In this document: in pieces, positions 18,801 through 28,218 of the stretch | How positions within the stretch are numbered: the stretch's first letter is position 1 | How the letters are laid out: each line of letters starts with the position of its first letter | Origin: Candidatus Diapherotrites archaeon ADurb.Bin253 | GTDB lineage: Archaea > Nanobdellota > Nanobdellia > Pacearchaeales > GW2011-AR1 | DNA: 64,000 nt | Assembly: GCA_002069705.1 (NCBI GenBank) | Contig: MWBV01000001.1 | Location: forward strand, 21,768 to 85,767 | Direction of reading: 5' to 3' | Position numbers and translations under genes: made by a program | The notes under the pieces: generated by a model | Told to the model about the DNA's origin: nothing | The model's database searches: none | The model's input: only the letters and a program-made list of their open reading frames with translations

Positions 18801-21349
18801 CAAATCTCTGGATTTTTTAAAACAATAAATTCTCTTTGATGAAATATATAAGTATAATTTTCATTCTCTTGTCTTTCAGAAGTAAAATTATAATATCCTG
18901 CTCCTGAATCTATTATTGAATTATTTAGTATTTGTGTTCCATTCATAAATAAGTTATGATTTGAACTACAATTTGTATATACTCTAAATGTTTCCGGATA
19001 AGTTACTGGAGAAGATGTATTAAAATAAACAAAACAATCCTCATTTGATTTAAGAACATTAACATTGTAAAGAATCCAATTAATGTTGTTTGATGTGTCG
19101 TTAATAGAGATATTCAATAAATAATTTCCTCCTGATAAACTTGTGGAATTGGTTAAAAATCCTGATTGATTTATTGAAAATCTAGTGTCATTAACAGAAT
19201 AATATCCAAAATTTACATTATCTGTTGCATCAAAGTCAACTCCTAAAGATTCATTTCCGTAGAAGATTGAAGCATTTAATGGTATAAATATAAACTCGGG
19301 AGGAGTTGTGTCCAATAAAAACTCTCCTGCTGAAATTGCTATCCAATTGAATTCTCTTCCATTACAATTATTTGTGGTGTCATCATCTTCTGCTGTTACA
19401 GTGAAAGAGGTTGTTGTTTTTCCAGAGACTTCTATTTCACAAGGGTCTGCTGTGCCTGTTCTTGATGCTGTTGTTACAACCACGTAATTTGTATCTGGAA
19501 AAGAACTTCCCAATTGAATAACTTTTGAAGTTGGTCCAGAAGCAGTATCACTACCTGCTTTAATTATTATTCCGCCTATTGTTTCTGTACCATAGGAAAC
19601 AGCACACCAATCTATACTGCTAACAGCTTCTAATGCTCCACCATCATCTAAAATAACTGAATTCCAGCTTCCTGTTGATTTTGAAGAATAACTTACTCTT
19701 GGAGAATCAGAATCCCAAGGTGTATAAGCTACAACAGCATAATTTGTATCTGGGAAACTTGATTCAAAATTTATTACAGATGTGCTTGAACCTGAACCTG
19801 AATTACATTTAACTGAAATATTCTGAAAATCAAATTCGCCAAAAGATAATGCTGCCCACTCAATCCCTGCAGATTCGTTTGCTCCACCATCATCGTGAAC
19901 CCTGTTTATTCTAAAGCCAGTTGTTGCTTTGTTATCATATTGAATAGAAAAAACAGCATCTGTATCTTGTTGTCCTGAAAATAAAATTGAATAATTTGTA
20001 TCTGGCATAGCAGTTGAGAAAGTGATTTGAGTAGGAGTTCCTGCATAATAATAAGTCACTCCAGTACGAGCATAGAAATTCGGGTCTATAATATGATCAA
20101 ATTCCAAAATACCTCCAACTACCTTTAAATCAAATATGTCTTGTTGAGATTGAAGATTTGTTAAATAAACTTTATTATATTCGTTTGAAATAAGATTATC
20201 AAATTGTGCGATTAACTCATTTTTATCTTTTTCATAAACTTCAACTATTGGATTTCCTGAGATAATTCTTGGAAATAATGTTATATCTCGTGTGCTATCT
20301 AAAGGTACTTCAAAAGTAACTCTAACATATTCTCCTTCTCTTATTTCTTCTGACCAGAGATTATCTTTTTCTTTTACTTGCTCATAAATATCTGAAATAA
20401 AATTTTTATTTGAATCTAAGTGTTCTGCTTTGATTATTACAATTATTTCAAATGTTTGAGATGACAAATGGGGAGTTATCCATTCTACATAATCAAATAA
20501 GCCATTACCATTTGTATCTGAAGCATTGAAATCTAAATAGGTGTTGTTTTCTTTCCAATATATTTTAATTGAAGATTTTGAGTATATTTCTCTAGGTAAG
20601 TAAGTATAAGAGAGAACATTCTTGTAATTGAGTCCTTCTAATGAGGAAACTACAACTTCTTTGGTTGTGTTAGAAATTATTGTTTCTTCTATTTTTGGAG
20701 GTTCTGTAGTATATTCTATTTTAAGTTCCCCAGAAATGTTTTCAGATAGAGATTCTGTTAAATTAATGTAATTTTTGCCATCAATGTTTGTCAAAGTATA
20801 TGAAATTTCTTCACCTGTTTTATCTGTTAAAGTTAAATTAATTACTGGTGGTATCTCTATTAAATTTGTTAAATTCTCTTCTGAAATTGTTTGTGTCCAT
20901 TCTACTGGCTTATTTATTTCTGCTTTTTCTTGAACAGGGTCTTCTGGATTAAGTTTTTGCTCTTCAGGAGATTCTTGTCCTGATGAAATAACAAAGAAAT
21001 AATAAACCTTTTTCCCGTTTCCTCTCTGAACAACTACAGAGTATTCTCCTTCCTCTTCTAGTTTAAGTAAAAAATTATCGTTTGATGAAACTCTAGAGAT
21101 AACTTCTTTAGATGGAGAATTTATAATTAATTTGTAATTGCCTAATTTTGTGAAATCTAACCTCAAAACAGTATCTAAGGGATAAGTATTATTTGATTTA
21201 AAATCAAAAATTACAGAATTTCCTCTTTCTTCTGGAATATTTGAATATGCTGAAGAAAAAAGAGAGAATGCTATTATTCCAAAAAGGAACAAAGACAGAA
21301 AGCCAATTACACCTATTTTAATTAACCCTTTTTTCATTTGATTACGCAA
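15887..21349 (-). CDS. Giant (1820-aa) repetitive cell-surface protein (S-layer/adhesin-like)
   Basis: N-terminal signal/anchor, dense N-x-S/T sequons, and internal repeats (e.g. FNTSSPITYPETFRVYTN... recurs about 5 times). Its N-terminal region is paralogous to 1..1282 and to part of 32749..36054. Confidence 0.7.
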   Translation of the reverse strand: MRNQMKKGLIKIGVIGFLSLFLFGIIAFSLFSSAYSNIPEERGNSVIFDFKSNNTYPLDTVLRLDFTKLGNYKLIINSPSKEVISRVSSNDNFLLKLEEEGEYSVVVQRGNGKKVYYFFVISSGQESPEEQKLNPEDPVQEKAEINKPVEWTQTISEENLTNLIEIPPVINLTLTDKTGEEISYTLTNIDGKNYINLTESLSENISGELKIEYTTEPPKIEETIISNTTKEVVVSSLEGLNYKNVLSYTYLPREIYSKSSIKIYWKENNTYLDFNASDTNGNGLFDYVEWITPHLSSQTFEIIVIIKAEHLDSNKNFISDIYEQVKEKDNLWSEEIREGEYVRVTFEVPLDSTRDITLFPRIISGNPIVEVYEKDKNELIAQFDNLISNEYNKVYLTNLQSQQDIFDLKVVGGILEFDHIIDPNFYARTGVTYYYAGTPTQITFSTAMPDTNYSILFSGQQDTDAVFSIQYDNKATTGFRINRVHDDGGANESAGIEWAALSFGEFDFQNISVKCNSGSGSSTSVINFESSFPDTNYAVVAYTPWDSDSPRVSYSSKSTGSWNSVILDDGGALEAVSSIDWCAVSYGTETIGGIIIKAGSDTASGPTSKVIQLGSSFPDTNYVVVTTASRTGTADPCEIEVSGKTTTSFTVTAEDDDTTNNCNGREFNWIAISAGEFLLDTTPPEFIFIPLNASIFYGNESLGVDFDATDNVNFGYYSVNDTRFSINQSGFLTNSTSLSGGNYLLNISINDTSNNINWILYNVNVLKSNEDCFVYFNTSSPVTYPETFRVYTNCSSNHNLFMNGTQILNNSIIDSGAGYYNFTSERQENENYTYIFHQREFIVLKNPEICEIFFNETSPINYPATFQVWANCTSPFTLYRNGTEILNNSEQKLAAGTYNFSMFRLDSQNFSYTYDYSYFTIDELLDVTPPYFTQIPNNASLFYKNQSLGVNFDATDNINFGFYKINDTRFSINQTGYLSNSTSLAAGNYAINVSINDSSNNINWTIYTVQVNKSTFYDCGVYFNTLSPITYPETFIVYTNCSSAYTIYRNGTSIPNNSIINSGAGYYNITVQRTDTQNYTNFFSSEFFIVNKGTPTATLSSSAGWELTYPTSTTISSTNHLQGDSDLIYRIYRNNTNINTGETITLGAGFYNYILNTTGGANYTSHSNLDTENLIIQKNTEQFKVQFNTSSPITYPETFRVYTNSTSPFRLYRDGIIISNNSEQKLGVGSYNFSAYRTDTLNYSFSYTDSFFTINKNPEICQVLFNVSSPIDSTETFRVWANCTSSFNLYRNGTLIPNNSEQSLVYGVYNFSMLRTDTQNYTAYYNETEMVITDSVSPLIDYVFPTPENNSNSSQNWIYLNVSVVEKNLKNITFNLYYINNTLKNSTTFTDSSRSINLTSLEDNSYLFNVTIFDIVGNYNFTETRRINLDTIPPEVNLLSGNYLNFSGTLIPFLNFSVDDLNEISNCTLYGDWAGGWHINETFLNPQKKTSLSFYNKEMVGEGHYLWNVLCYDNSGNFAFNSTNFTFAAFFFPESPNSSLITISQTNDDGTGEVIIDWEPANHSDYYKIYYTDDLKEEFSFLAQTNKTNYVDNFANSTRRRFYKLSNWNPTGENFSNIALGKTVYYLKRKDEINNKNWLGFYLNNSNLDDANNSLNFINNITAFTMWNSTLQRKVTCNEFSCPNFPSCTETNCNFNLQEGAGYEVNLNPHSSEFTNWSLVGTVKDKVNIMLFTNLSSSTFYGKNWISLYANSSLEDAFDLINNISYADSVTNWNEFSQISEGYIKNNYSSMPPYFGLNFVLEPEKGYEVSVTQDSLYTQS

Positions 21350-21478
21350 ATTTAGATATTTTTATAGATTATTGTTATACAAAATCTCTTATAATGGTAA
21401 GATTTAAATACTTTTAAAAGTATCTGTTTAGTATCAAAAGAGGGTAATTAGGCACTATTAAAATCCTTTTAAAAGTAC

Positions 21479-21637
21479 ATGGTTGAAATAACATTTAAAG
21501 ATAATAAGATACAAAAAGGCCACAGAATCAAAATTCCAAAGGCAATAGTAGATACACTTAATCTAAAAGAGGGTGCAAAAATAATTTTGAAATTTGACCC
21601 AATAAATAAAAAAATAATTGTGGAGGAAGAAAAATGA
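21479..21637 (+). CDS. Small AbrB/MazE/SpoVT-type (swapped-hairpin) DNA-binding protein; absent from the supplied ORF track
   Basis: Manual translation gives 52 aa: MVEITFKDNKIQKGHRIKIPKAIVDTLNLKEGAKIILKFDPINKKIIVEEEK. The GHRIKIPKAIVDTLNLKEGAKI stretch matches the AbrB-family looped-hinge pattern. The stop TGA overlaps the ATG of 21634 (ATGA). Confidence 0.45.
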   Translation: MVEITFKDNKIQKGHRIKIPKAIVDTLNLKEGAKIILKFDPINKKIIVEEEK

Positions 21638-21954
21638 ATAAAGTATTCTTGATAGTAATTATAGGGTCATTCTTTTTTGGAATCAGTGGGATTATTTTTG
21701 CAGAAGAATTTCAAGAAGGAATTAAACTTTCAGAGGGAAAAAATTTAGTTTATTTTAGTGAAGAGATTAAACCAATATATGCAAGTGATTTGGTTAAAAT
21801 TTATCCTGAAATAAATGCTATTACTTATTATGAGGGAGATGAAGAAAAAGGATATGTAAATGTGTTTGGAGGGGTTGGAGAAAATTTTGTTGTAATGTTC
21901 AATAACACTTACGAAATAACTGTTGAAAAGGAGGTAACATTAAAATTAAAATGA
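21634..21954 (+). CDS. Small secreted protein
   Basis: 106 aa with signal peptide MNKVFLIVIIGSFFFGISGIIFA. The stop overlaps the next start (ATGA). Confidence 0.45.
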   Translation: MNKVFLIVIIGSFFFGISGIIFAEEFQEGIKLSEGKNLVYFSEEIKPIYASDLVKIYPEINAITYYEGDEEKGYVNVFGGVGENFVVMFNNTYEITVEKEVTLKLK

Positions 21955-23144
21955 TAAAAAAGATTTCATTAAATCTGGCAATTATCTTGTTTATTTTGCC
22001 ATTGGGCTCTGCAGCGCATTATATTGTTGGAATTGTTGAAAATGCAAAAGATGGAACTAGTGCTAATGGGCAGAGTATAGTTCTTTGGAATCCTGCCGTA
22101 GGAATTCAAGAAAATGTAAGTGATATAATTGGTCCTGCTGGAAACTCCAGAACAAATAATATCTATATGATTGATTGTGAACTTCTACCAAGCGGATGCA
22201 ATGTTACAAATACCTTAAGTTTAAAGGTGATAAATAATGGGGACAATTATATTTCCCAAGAAAAAAATGTTAGTGTTGGGGGATTTGGATATGATATTGT
22301 AGAGAATATAACATTAAATTCTCCTCCAAATATCACTCTTGTAAATGTGGATGATTCAATTACTTCTCCGCAAAATGAAATTGATTTAATACCTGCTGAA
22401 ACTAAAGAAGTAATCTGTTCTGCTATTATTTATGAATATGAGGGAGAAGAGTCATTGATAAATGCAACTGGAAGATTTTTTGACAATGTTCAATCAAATT
22501 ACGATTCCTTAGAAGATAATAATGAGCATTATAGAAACAATAGTTGTTTGATAGATAAAAATTATGGAGGAGTTAATGAAGCTGCTGTTTATTGTAGTTT
22601 TTATATTTGGTATTATTCAAATTCTGAAAACTGGAATTGTACTATAGAAGTAACAGATAATTTATCTATATCCTCTAGAGGTAGTGATTTATCTTTCATA
22701 AATCCTCTTCTAGCTTTAGGAGTGGAATCAGTTGTGACATTTAATCTAACAAAATCTGACATAACTGACGAAGCAATATTGGATGTTACAAACTATGGGA
22801 ATGTTAAAATAAATCTATCTTTAAGCGGATATGCTTTTGAACAGAATGATGGTTTAGCTATGAATTGTAGTGAAGGTGAAATCAGAAATATACCTGTAGA
22901 AAATGAAAAATACAATTTAACCAATAGCAATTCAGGAGATATAACATTTGAAGAGTTTATGATATCTTATAAAAATTTGACGAGTTACCCTGCTGTAAAT
23001 AAATTCAATCTAGAATATAGAAAAGATGATTTACTAAATGAGGCTACCAAATCAACATACTGGAGGATTCATGTTCCTGACGGTATAACTGGAAATTGTC
23101 AGGGAAATATTGTTTTTGGAGCTGTAAGAGCACCAGGAGATTAA
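21951..23144 (+). CDS. Secreted protein; N-terminal ~130 aa near-identical to 26353..28218
   Basis: 397 aa. Signal peptide, then AAHYIVGIVENAKDGTSANGQSIVLWNP...NVTNTLSLKVINNGDNY shared with the paralog. Confidence 0.6.
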   Translation: MIKKISLNLAIILFILPLGSAAHYIVGIVENAKDGTSANGQSIVLWNPAVGIQENVSDIIGPAGNSRTNNIYMIDCELLPSGCNVTNTLSLKVINNGDNYISQEKNVSVGGFGYDIVENITLNSPPNITLVNVDDSITSPQNEIDLIPAETKEVICSAIIYEYEGEESLINATGRFFDNVQSNYDSLEDNNEHYRNNSCLIDKNYGGVNEAAVYCSFYIWYYSNSENWNCTIEVTDNLSISSRGSDLSFINPLLALGVESVVTFNLTKSDITDEAILDVTNYGNVKINLSLSGYAFEQNDGLAMNCSEGEIRNIPVENEKYNLTNSNSGDITFEEFMISYKNLTSYPAVNKFNLEYRKDDLLNEATKSTYWRIHVPDGITGNCQGNIVFGAVRAPGD

Positions 23145-24347
23145 ATGAATAACAAAATAAGAATAGGTATCAAAACAGGAATCATTACGTTAATTATAAT
23201 TGTAAATTTATTATATGTCTCTTCTGCAAACATAGGCGTTAGTCCAGCAAATGTTTATTTCAAAGATGTTTTAAGAGGAGGTTATGCTGAAAGAATAGTT
23301 ACAATAACTGTTGATTCTGAAGAACCTACAAAAATATCTCTTGAACCAAGAGGAGAGATTGTTGATTGGGTTTCATTTGAAGAGAAAGAATTTGAAGTTT
23401 CAAGAAATAAACCATATTATTTAAAAATAATTTTACAGCCTCCTGTTGATATACCTAATGGAAATTACACTGGTTTCTTAAGAGTAACTACCTCTAGCAA
23501 AAATAAAGGAGTTGAGGGACAAGCCACTGGAGTAATTAATGCTGCATTAGATTTATACTTAGAAGTAAAAATAACAGATGTGGAATTCTCTTCTTGTAGA
23601 GCGTGGGACTTTCAAGTAGAATCTGTAGAAAAAGGAGATGATATTTTATTTAAAGTTAAAGTGTTAAATGAAGGAAACGTTAGGCTTTATCCTACGATAA
23701 AAATAGACATGTGGGATCAAGAAAGAACAGAACTAGTCAAACAAGTAGAATTTTCTGAAGATATGATAATTCCAACAACTGAAAAGGAATTAAATATAAA
23801 GGTGGAATCTTCTGACATGAACTTGGGACAATACTGGGCAGAAATAACTTCTATTGAATGTTATGCTGCTCAAACATTAACTTTTGATATTTTAGAAGAA
23901 GGTGCTTTGAAGGCCCAAGGAAATCTTTTAAGAATCAGTTCCCCTACTTGGATTAAAGTAGACGATACGACAATAATTGAAGCTTTATTTGAAAATACTG
24001 GAGAAAAAAATGTAAATGCTAGGTTTAAAGGAGAAATTACACTTGGCAGTAGAGTAATACAAATACTAGAGAGTGAGTTGTCTAGTGTTTCCATAGGCGA
24101 AATAGAGACATTTAAATTTTATTTTACTCCAAGGAAAGAAGGTAAGTATATAGTTACTGGAATGGTATTTTATGATGGAAAAAGAACATTTGAAAAAAGT
24201 ACTGTCATAAATGTAGAAAAAAAAGGTTTTGATATTGGTGTTATTAGAACTATTCTAATTTATTTAATATTGCTTATAGTTATAGCTTATCTAGCTTACA
24301 AAATAAAAAAAGAAAAGAGGAGGAATAATTTAAGATGGAAAAGATAA
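23145..24347 (+). CDS. Surface protein with beta-sandwich domains and C-terminal TM anchor
   Basis: 400 aa with N-terminal signal. C-terminal IRTILIYLILLIVIAYLAY followed by a basic tail. Confidence 0.55.
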   Translation: MNNKIRIGIKTGIITLIIIVNLLYVSSANIGVSPANVYFKDVLRGGYAERIVTITVDSEEPTKISLEPRGEIVDWVSFEEKEFEVSRNKPYYLKIILQPPVDIPNGNYTGFLRVTTSSKNKGVEGQATGVINAALDLYLEVKITDVEFSSCRAWDFQVESVEKGDDILFKVKVLNEGNVRLYPTIKIDMWDQERTELVKQVEFSEDMIIPTTEKELNIKVESSDMNLGQYWAEITSIECYAAQTLTFDILEEGALKAQGNLLRISSPTWIKVDDTTIIEALFENTGEKNVNARFKGEITLGSRVIQILESELSSVSIGEIETFKFYFTPRKEGKYIVTGMVFYDGKRTFEKSTVINVEKKGFDIGVIRTILIYLILLIVIAYLAYKIKKEKRRNNLRWKR

Positions 24348-26356
24348 AGTCATTTTTATTTCTAGGAATTTTATTGACTTTGACACCTTTATTGATTGCA
24401 GCAAACTCTGTGACAATTAATACTTTCTATGGTTTCTCTAATGATTCGTTTATAGATGGTACAGTATACAAAACAGACTCTGTTGTTTTGAGGGTAAAGA
24501 CCTCTGTTGAAACAGAATGTTATTATGGTAAAGAAATTTATCCTTCTACTCCCTTCCAAGGAGAATATGGATTAACTCATGAAATATATTTGGAAAATAT
24601 TGAAGAAGGGTTCCATGAATATTATATAAGGTGTGGGGAAAGTTCCAATCCAATTATGAAGATAAATTTTGCAACAAGTACACCTATCTATGCTACTATA
24701 AAAATATCTGAAAATGCTCCTCTTAAATCTGGAAGGTACAAAATAAATTTAATTACTTCTAAAACAAGTTTAAATACCCCTCTTCTAGAGTATAGTTTTG
24801 ATGATTTAGTTTACAAAACAATTCCATTAAGAGGGTCTGGTAAAAATTGGGAAGGTAACTTGATAATTCCTGAAAATGCTGGTGAAAGTGTATGTTCATT
24901 TAGATTTAAATCGAAAGATATTACTGGAGAAGAAGGAACAAAAATTATTGGAGACAATCTATTCCTCGTAGATACAATTAAACCTGCTACAATTTCCATA
25001 ATTAGTGCCACAGGATATAAAGGAAAAATAAAATTAAATTGGTTTAGTGAAGAAAAAATAGATAATTATAATGTTTATAGGTCTGAATATTCTCCTGTAG
25101 ATTACACTGACTTCTATGAATTGTCAAGTAAAGATTATTTTTATGATGAAGATGTAGAAAAAGGCAAAACATATTATTATAAAATAGCTGCAGTAGATGA
25201 AGCTGGAAATATTGGAGATTTATCTAAGGAAGTATATGCTACTGCGTTGTTAAGTAATACTTCTGAAAATACTGGATTAAATATAAAATTAATTGGAAAG
25301 GTAGATAATTTTATTATAGAGATTGACTCTCTGATTAAGAATATTGAGGACATAAAAGAACTTTTAAAACTAAAAGATAATAAGGAAAAACAGATATTTG
25401 AAAGTATTAAGTTAAATAAAGAGTTGGAAAGTGCTATTCTAGAATTAAACTCTTTAAAAAGAGATGTAGAAAATTATAAACTTCAGGATTTGAGTGAAGA
25501 TGAATTAAACAAAAAAATATCTTCTTCTTCGATTAAATTGAGTATTATAAAGAAAAAGATACCAGAAGATATAACTATAATAGAGGAAGTAGAATTTTAT
25601 AGAGAGATAAAAAAAGAAGATATAGATAGAATATTCTTACAATATTCCAATTATGATGATAGAGGTTATGGTAAAGAAATAACTTATACTCAAAAATTAA
25701 TTGAAGACCCCAAAACAAAAATTAAATGTAATGCTTATAGTGTAGATATAATATATATTGATGGTACAAAAAAGAAAATAACATTTGTTGAAGAAGAACT
25801 AAGCATAAAAGAAGAATATGAAAAAGAAGTTAATTATATTTTAATAGTTCCAAAAGAAATTGCTGAAAGAGCTTCTGACATAAAAGTAATAAATTTGGAA
25901 TATGAAACTATAAAAGAAGGTCCCATAATTCTTTTTAAACCAGATGTAAAAAAAGTAACTTATTATTTTTTCAAGGAAATTCCTTTAAATTCTATTAAAG
26001 AAATAACTCTATCGCCTATTAAAATACCTTCGTTAGAAGAAGGCCAGTCAAAAATAACAGGAAATTCTATTTTAGAATATACCTCAAAAGGATATTTTGG
26101 AATAATTGTTTTAATTGCTTTTGCATTAATATTGGGAGTTTATTTTCTTAGAATAAGAAATGGTTCTTCGATTAAACCCTTATTGATAACTATGGAGAAT
26201 CTAAAAAAAGTTAAATCTCTCTTAAAGGAAGGGAGGGAACAAGAAGCTAAGGAATTGTATAGTAAAATAAAAGAAGATTATAAAACTCTTTCAAAAAAAG
26301 AAAAGGAATTGGTGGTTGAAAAAATAAATGAGATGAATTTTGGAGGAATAAGATGA
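24335..26356 (+). CDS. Surface protein with fibronectin-III-like domain, C-terminal TM and a conserved cytoplasmic tail
   Basis: 673 aa. Fn3-like YNVYRSEYSPVDYTDFYELS...GKTYYYKIAAVDEAGNIG. TM YFGIIVLIAFALILGVYFL. Tail ...LKKVKSLLKEGREQEAKELYSKIKEDYKTL. Confidence 0.6.
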   Translation: MEKIKSFLFLGILLTLTPLLIAANSVTINTFYGFSNDSFIDGTVYKTDSVVLRVKTSVETECYYGKEIYPSTPFQGEYGLTHEIYLENIEEGFHEYYIRCGESSNPIMKINFATSTPIYATIKISENAPLKSGRYKINLITSKTSLNTPLLEYSFDDLVYKTIPLRGSGKNWEGNLIIPENAGESVCSFRFKSKDITGEEGTKIIGDNLFLVDTIKPATISIISATGYKGKIKLNWFSEEKIDNYNVYRSEYSPVDYTDFYELSSKDYFYDEDVEKGKTYYYKIAAVDEAGNIGDLSKEVYATALLSNTSENTGLNIKLIGKVDNFIIEIDSLIKNIEDIKELLKLKDNKEKQIFESIKLNKELESAILELNSLKRDVENYKLQDLSEDELNKKISSSSIKLSIIKKKIPEDITIIEEVEFYREIKKEDIDRIFLQYSNYDDRGYGKEITYTQKLIEDPKTKIKCNAYSVDIIYIDGTKKKITFVEEELSIKEEYEKEVNYILIVPKEIAERASDIKVINLEYETIKEGPIILFKPDVKKVTYYFFKEIPLNSIKEITLSPIKIPSLEEGQSKITGNSILEYTSKGYFGIIVLIAFALILGVYFLRIRNGSSIKPLLITMENLKKVKSLLKEGREQEAKELYSKIKEDYKTLSKKEKELVVEKINEMNFGGIR

Positions 26357-28218
26357 ATAAAAAAATCTTATTTATATTTCTCGTATTGCTTATTTTACCA
26401 TTGAGCTCTGCTGCACATTATATTATGGGATTTGTTGAAGATGCAAAAGATGGAACTAGTGCTGATGGACATAGTATAATCCTTTGGAATCCTATTATAG
26501 GAATTCAAGAAAACATAAGTGATATAATTGGTCCTCTTGGAAACTCTGGAACAAACAATAAGTATACGATTGATTGTGAACTTTTGCCAAGCGGATGTAA
26601 TGTGACAAATACATTAAGTTTAAAGGTGATAAATAACGGGGATAATTATGTTTCACAAGAAAAAAATGTTAGTGTTAGTGTATTAGGATATGATGTTGTA
26701 GAAAATATAACATTAAATTCTCCTCCAAATACTACTCTGATTTATCCAACTGATTTTGAAAAGATTCCATATTCTGAAGTAATGTTTAATTGTTCAATAG
26801 AAGATTTAGATAATAATGCAAAAGAAATTAGTTTATATGGAAACTGGACAGGGGCATGGGAACTAAATGAAACCCAAGAAATCAGTTCGGGGGATAAATT
26901 CAAAACATTTATTAAAAGCATTGCAGATGGTTTCTACAAATACGCTTGTAAAGTAACAGACAGTTTACTAATCTCTAGTTTTTCTCTACAAAACAATAGC
27001 TTTGCAATAGATACAAACATTCCTCTAATCCAATCTATTTCTTCTAATGTTTCTAGCTTGTGTGGTAAGACAAATACAATACAAATAAATTGTACTGCTT
27101 ACGATGAAACATCAGGAATAGATAAAGTAATAATACAATCTATTTCTCCACAGAATGAAATAAACAATTACAGTGCAAATAATATTTATGATAACATCTA
27201 TTCTTATGAAATACTGCTTGATAAAATTGGAACATGGAATTTTAATTGTATAGCTAATGATAGTGCAGGAAATTACAACAATTTGTTTTTAAATGATATA
27301 AATGTTTATTCTGAACTCCCTCAAATAAGCATAAATTCTAGTTCAATTAATCTAAGCAAAACAAATCCTATTGAAACAGAAGAAATACAAATTTCTGCTT
27401 TTGTGGAGAATAAAGGATGTTCTAATGCAGAAAATGTAGTTGTTGTATTTTTTAATGGAGATCCAGAAATTTCTGGAGAGAAGATAGGAGAGAGTGTAAT
27501 AAATATAAGCGAAAATGATGGGCTTGTATCTAGTATTTCTTGGAGCACTAAAATTGGGCTAAATAATATTTTTGTTATAGGAGACTATTACAATTCTTTT
27601 GATGAAGAGGATGAAACAGACAATAAAGCAAATAATACATTTTCCATAAATTCTTGGCAAGAAATATATGGGAACACACAAGTAGATAAGGTTATTGGGG
27701 GAGACCAAGTTGAAATAAAAAAATGGTTTAATGAAAGTTATTTAGAAGGAAGTATTTTTGTAGCAGATTCTGAGTCAGATATCAACTGGTTGTCTTTAAA
27801 ACCAATAGGAAGAAAAAAAGATGGACAAAAAAGTTCAGAAGATTTTTTAGAAATAGATGAAATACTCGGGATGACTTTTTTTGAAGATTCTGTTTCTAAT
27901 GTCTTTTCTGAAAACCAAGAACCAAAAGAAACCAGAGATATGATTATTTATCAAAAAGAAATAAAAAATGTCCCGATAATTAATTCTACAGAAAACTCAG
28001 ATTTTATAACTGGTTTACTTTGGGATAGTTCAGATGACTCTTATAATGGAGAATTTGATAGTGAAGATAAAGAAGATATAGTATTTGTTACACCAATAAT
28101 TAAAAATTCTCCTGGGAAATATGGAATTTATGATTATGAGATAAGGATACCTTCAAAATTAAGAGAATACAATAAATTGAATATTGAAGAAGTTTATCTA
28201 TATTATGAACTTAATTAA
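26353..28218 (+). CDS. Secreted protein, paralog of 21951..23144 with a longer C-terminal region
   Basis: 621 aa. Its N-terminus is near-identical to 21951..23144 at both protein and nucleotide level. The stop shares the palindrome TTAATTAA with the convergent ATPase gene. Confidence 0.6.
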   Translation: MNKKILFIFLVLLILPLSSAAHYIMGFVEDAKDGTSADGHSIILWNPIIGIQENISDIIGPLGNSGTNNKYTIDCELLPSGCNVTNTLSLKVINNGDNYVSQEKNVSVSVLGYDVVENITLNSPPNTTLIYPTDFEKIPYSEVMFNCSIEDLDNNAKEISLYGNWTGAWELNETQEISSGDKFKTFIKSIADGFYKYACKVTDSLLISSFSLQNNSFAIDTNIPLIQSISSNVSSLCGKTNTIQINCTAYDETSGIDKVIIQSISPQNEINNYSANNIYDNIYSYEILLDKIGTWNFNCIANDSAGNYNNLFLNDINVYSELPQISINSSSINLSKTNPIETEEIQISAFVENKGCSNAENVVVVFFNGDPEISGEKIGESVINISENDGLVSSISWSTKIGLNNIFVIGDYYNSFDEEDETDNKANNTFSINSWQEIYGNTQVDKVIGGDQVEIKKWFNESYLEGSIFVADSESDINWLSLKPIGRKKDGQKSSEDFLEIDEILGMTFFEDSVSNVFSENQEPKETRDMIIYQKEIKNVPIINSTENSDFITGLLWDSSDDSYNGEFDSEDKEDIVFVTPIIKNSPGKYGIYDYEIRIPSKLREYNKLNIEEVYLYYELN

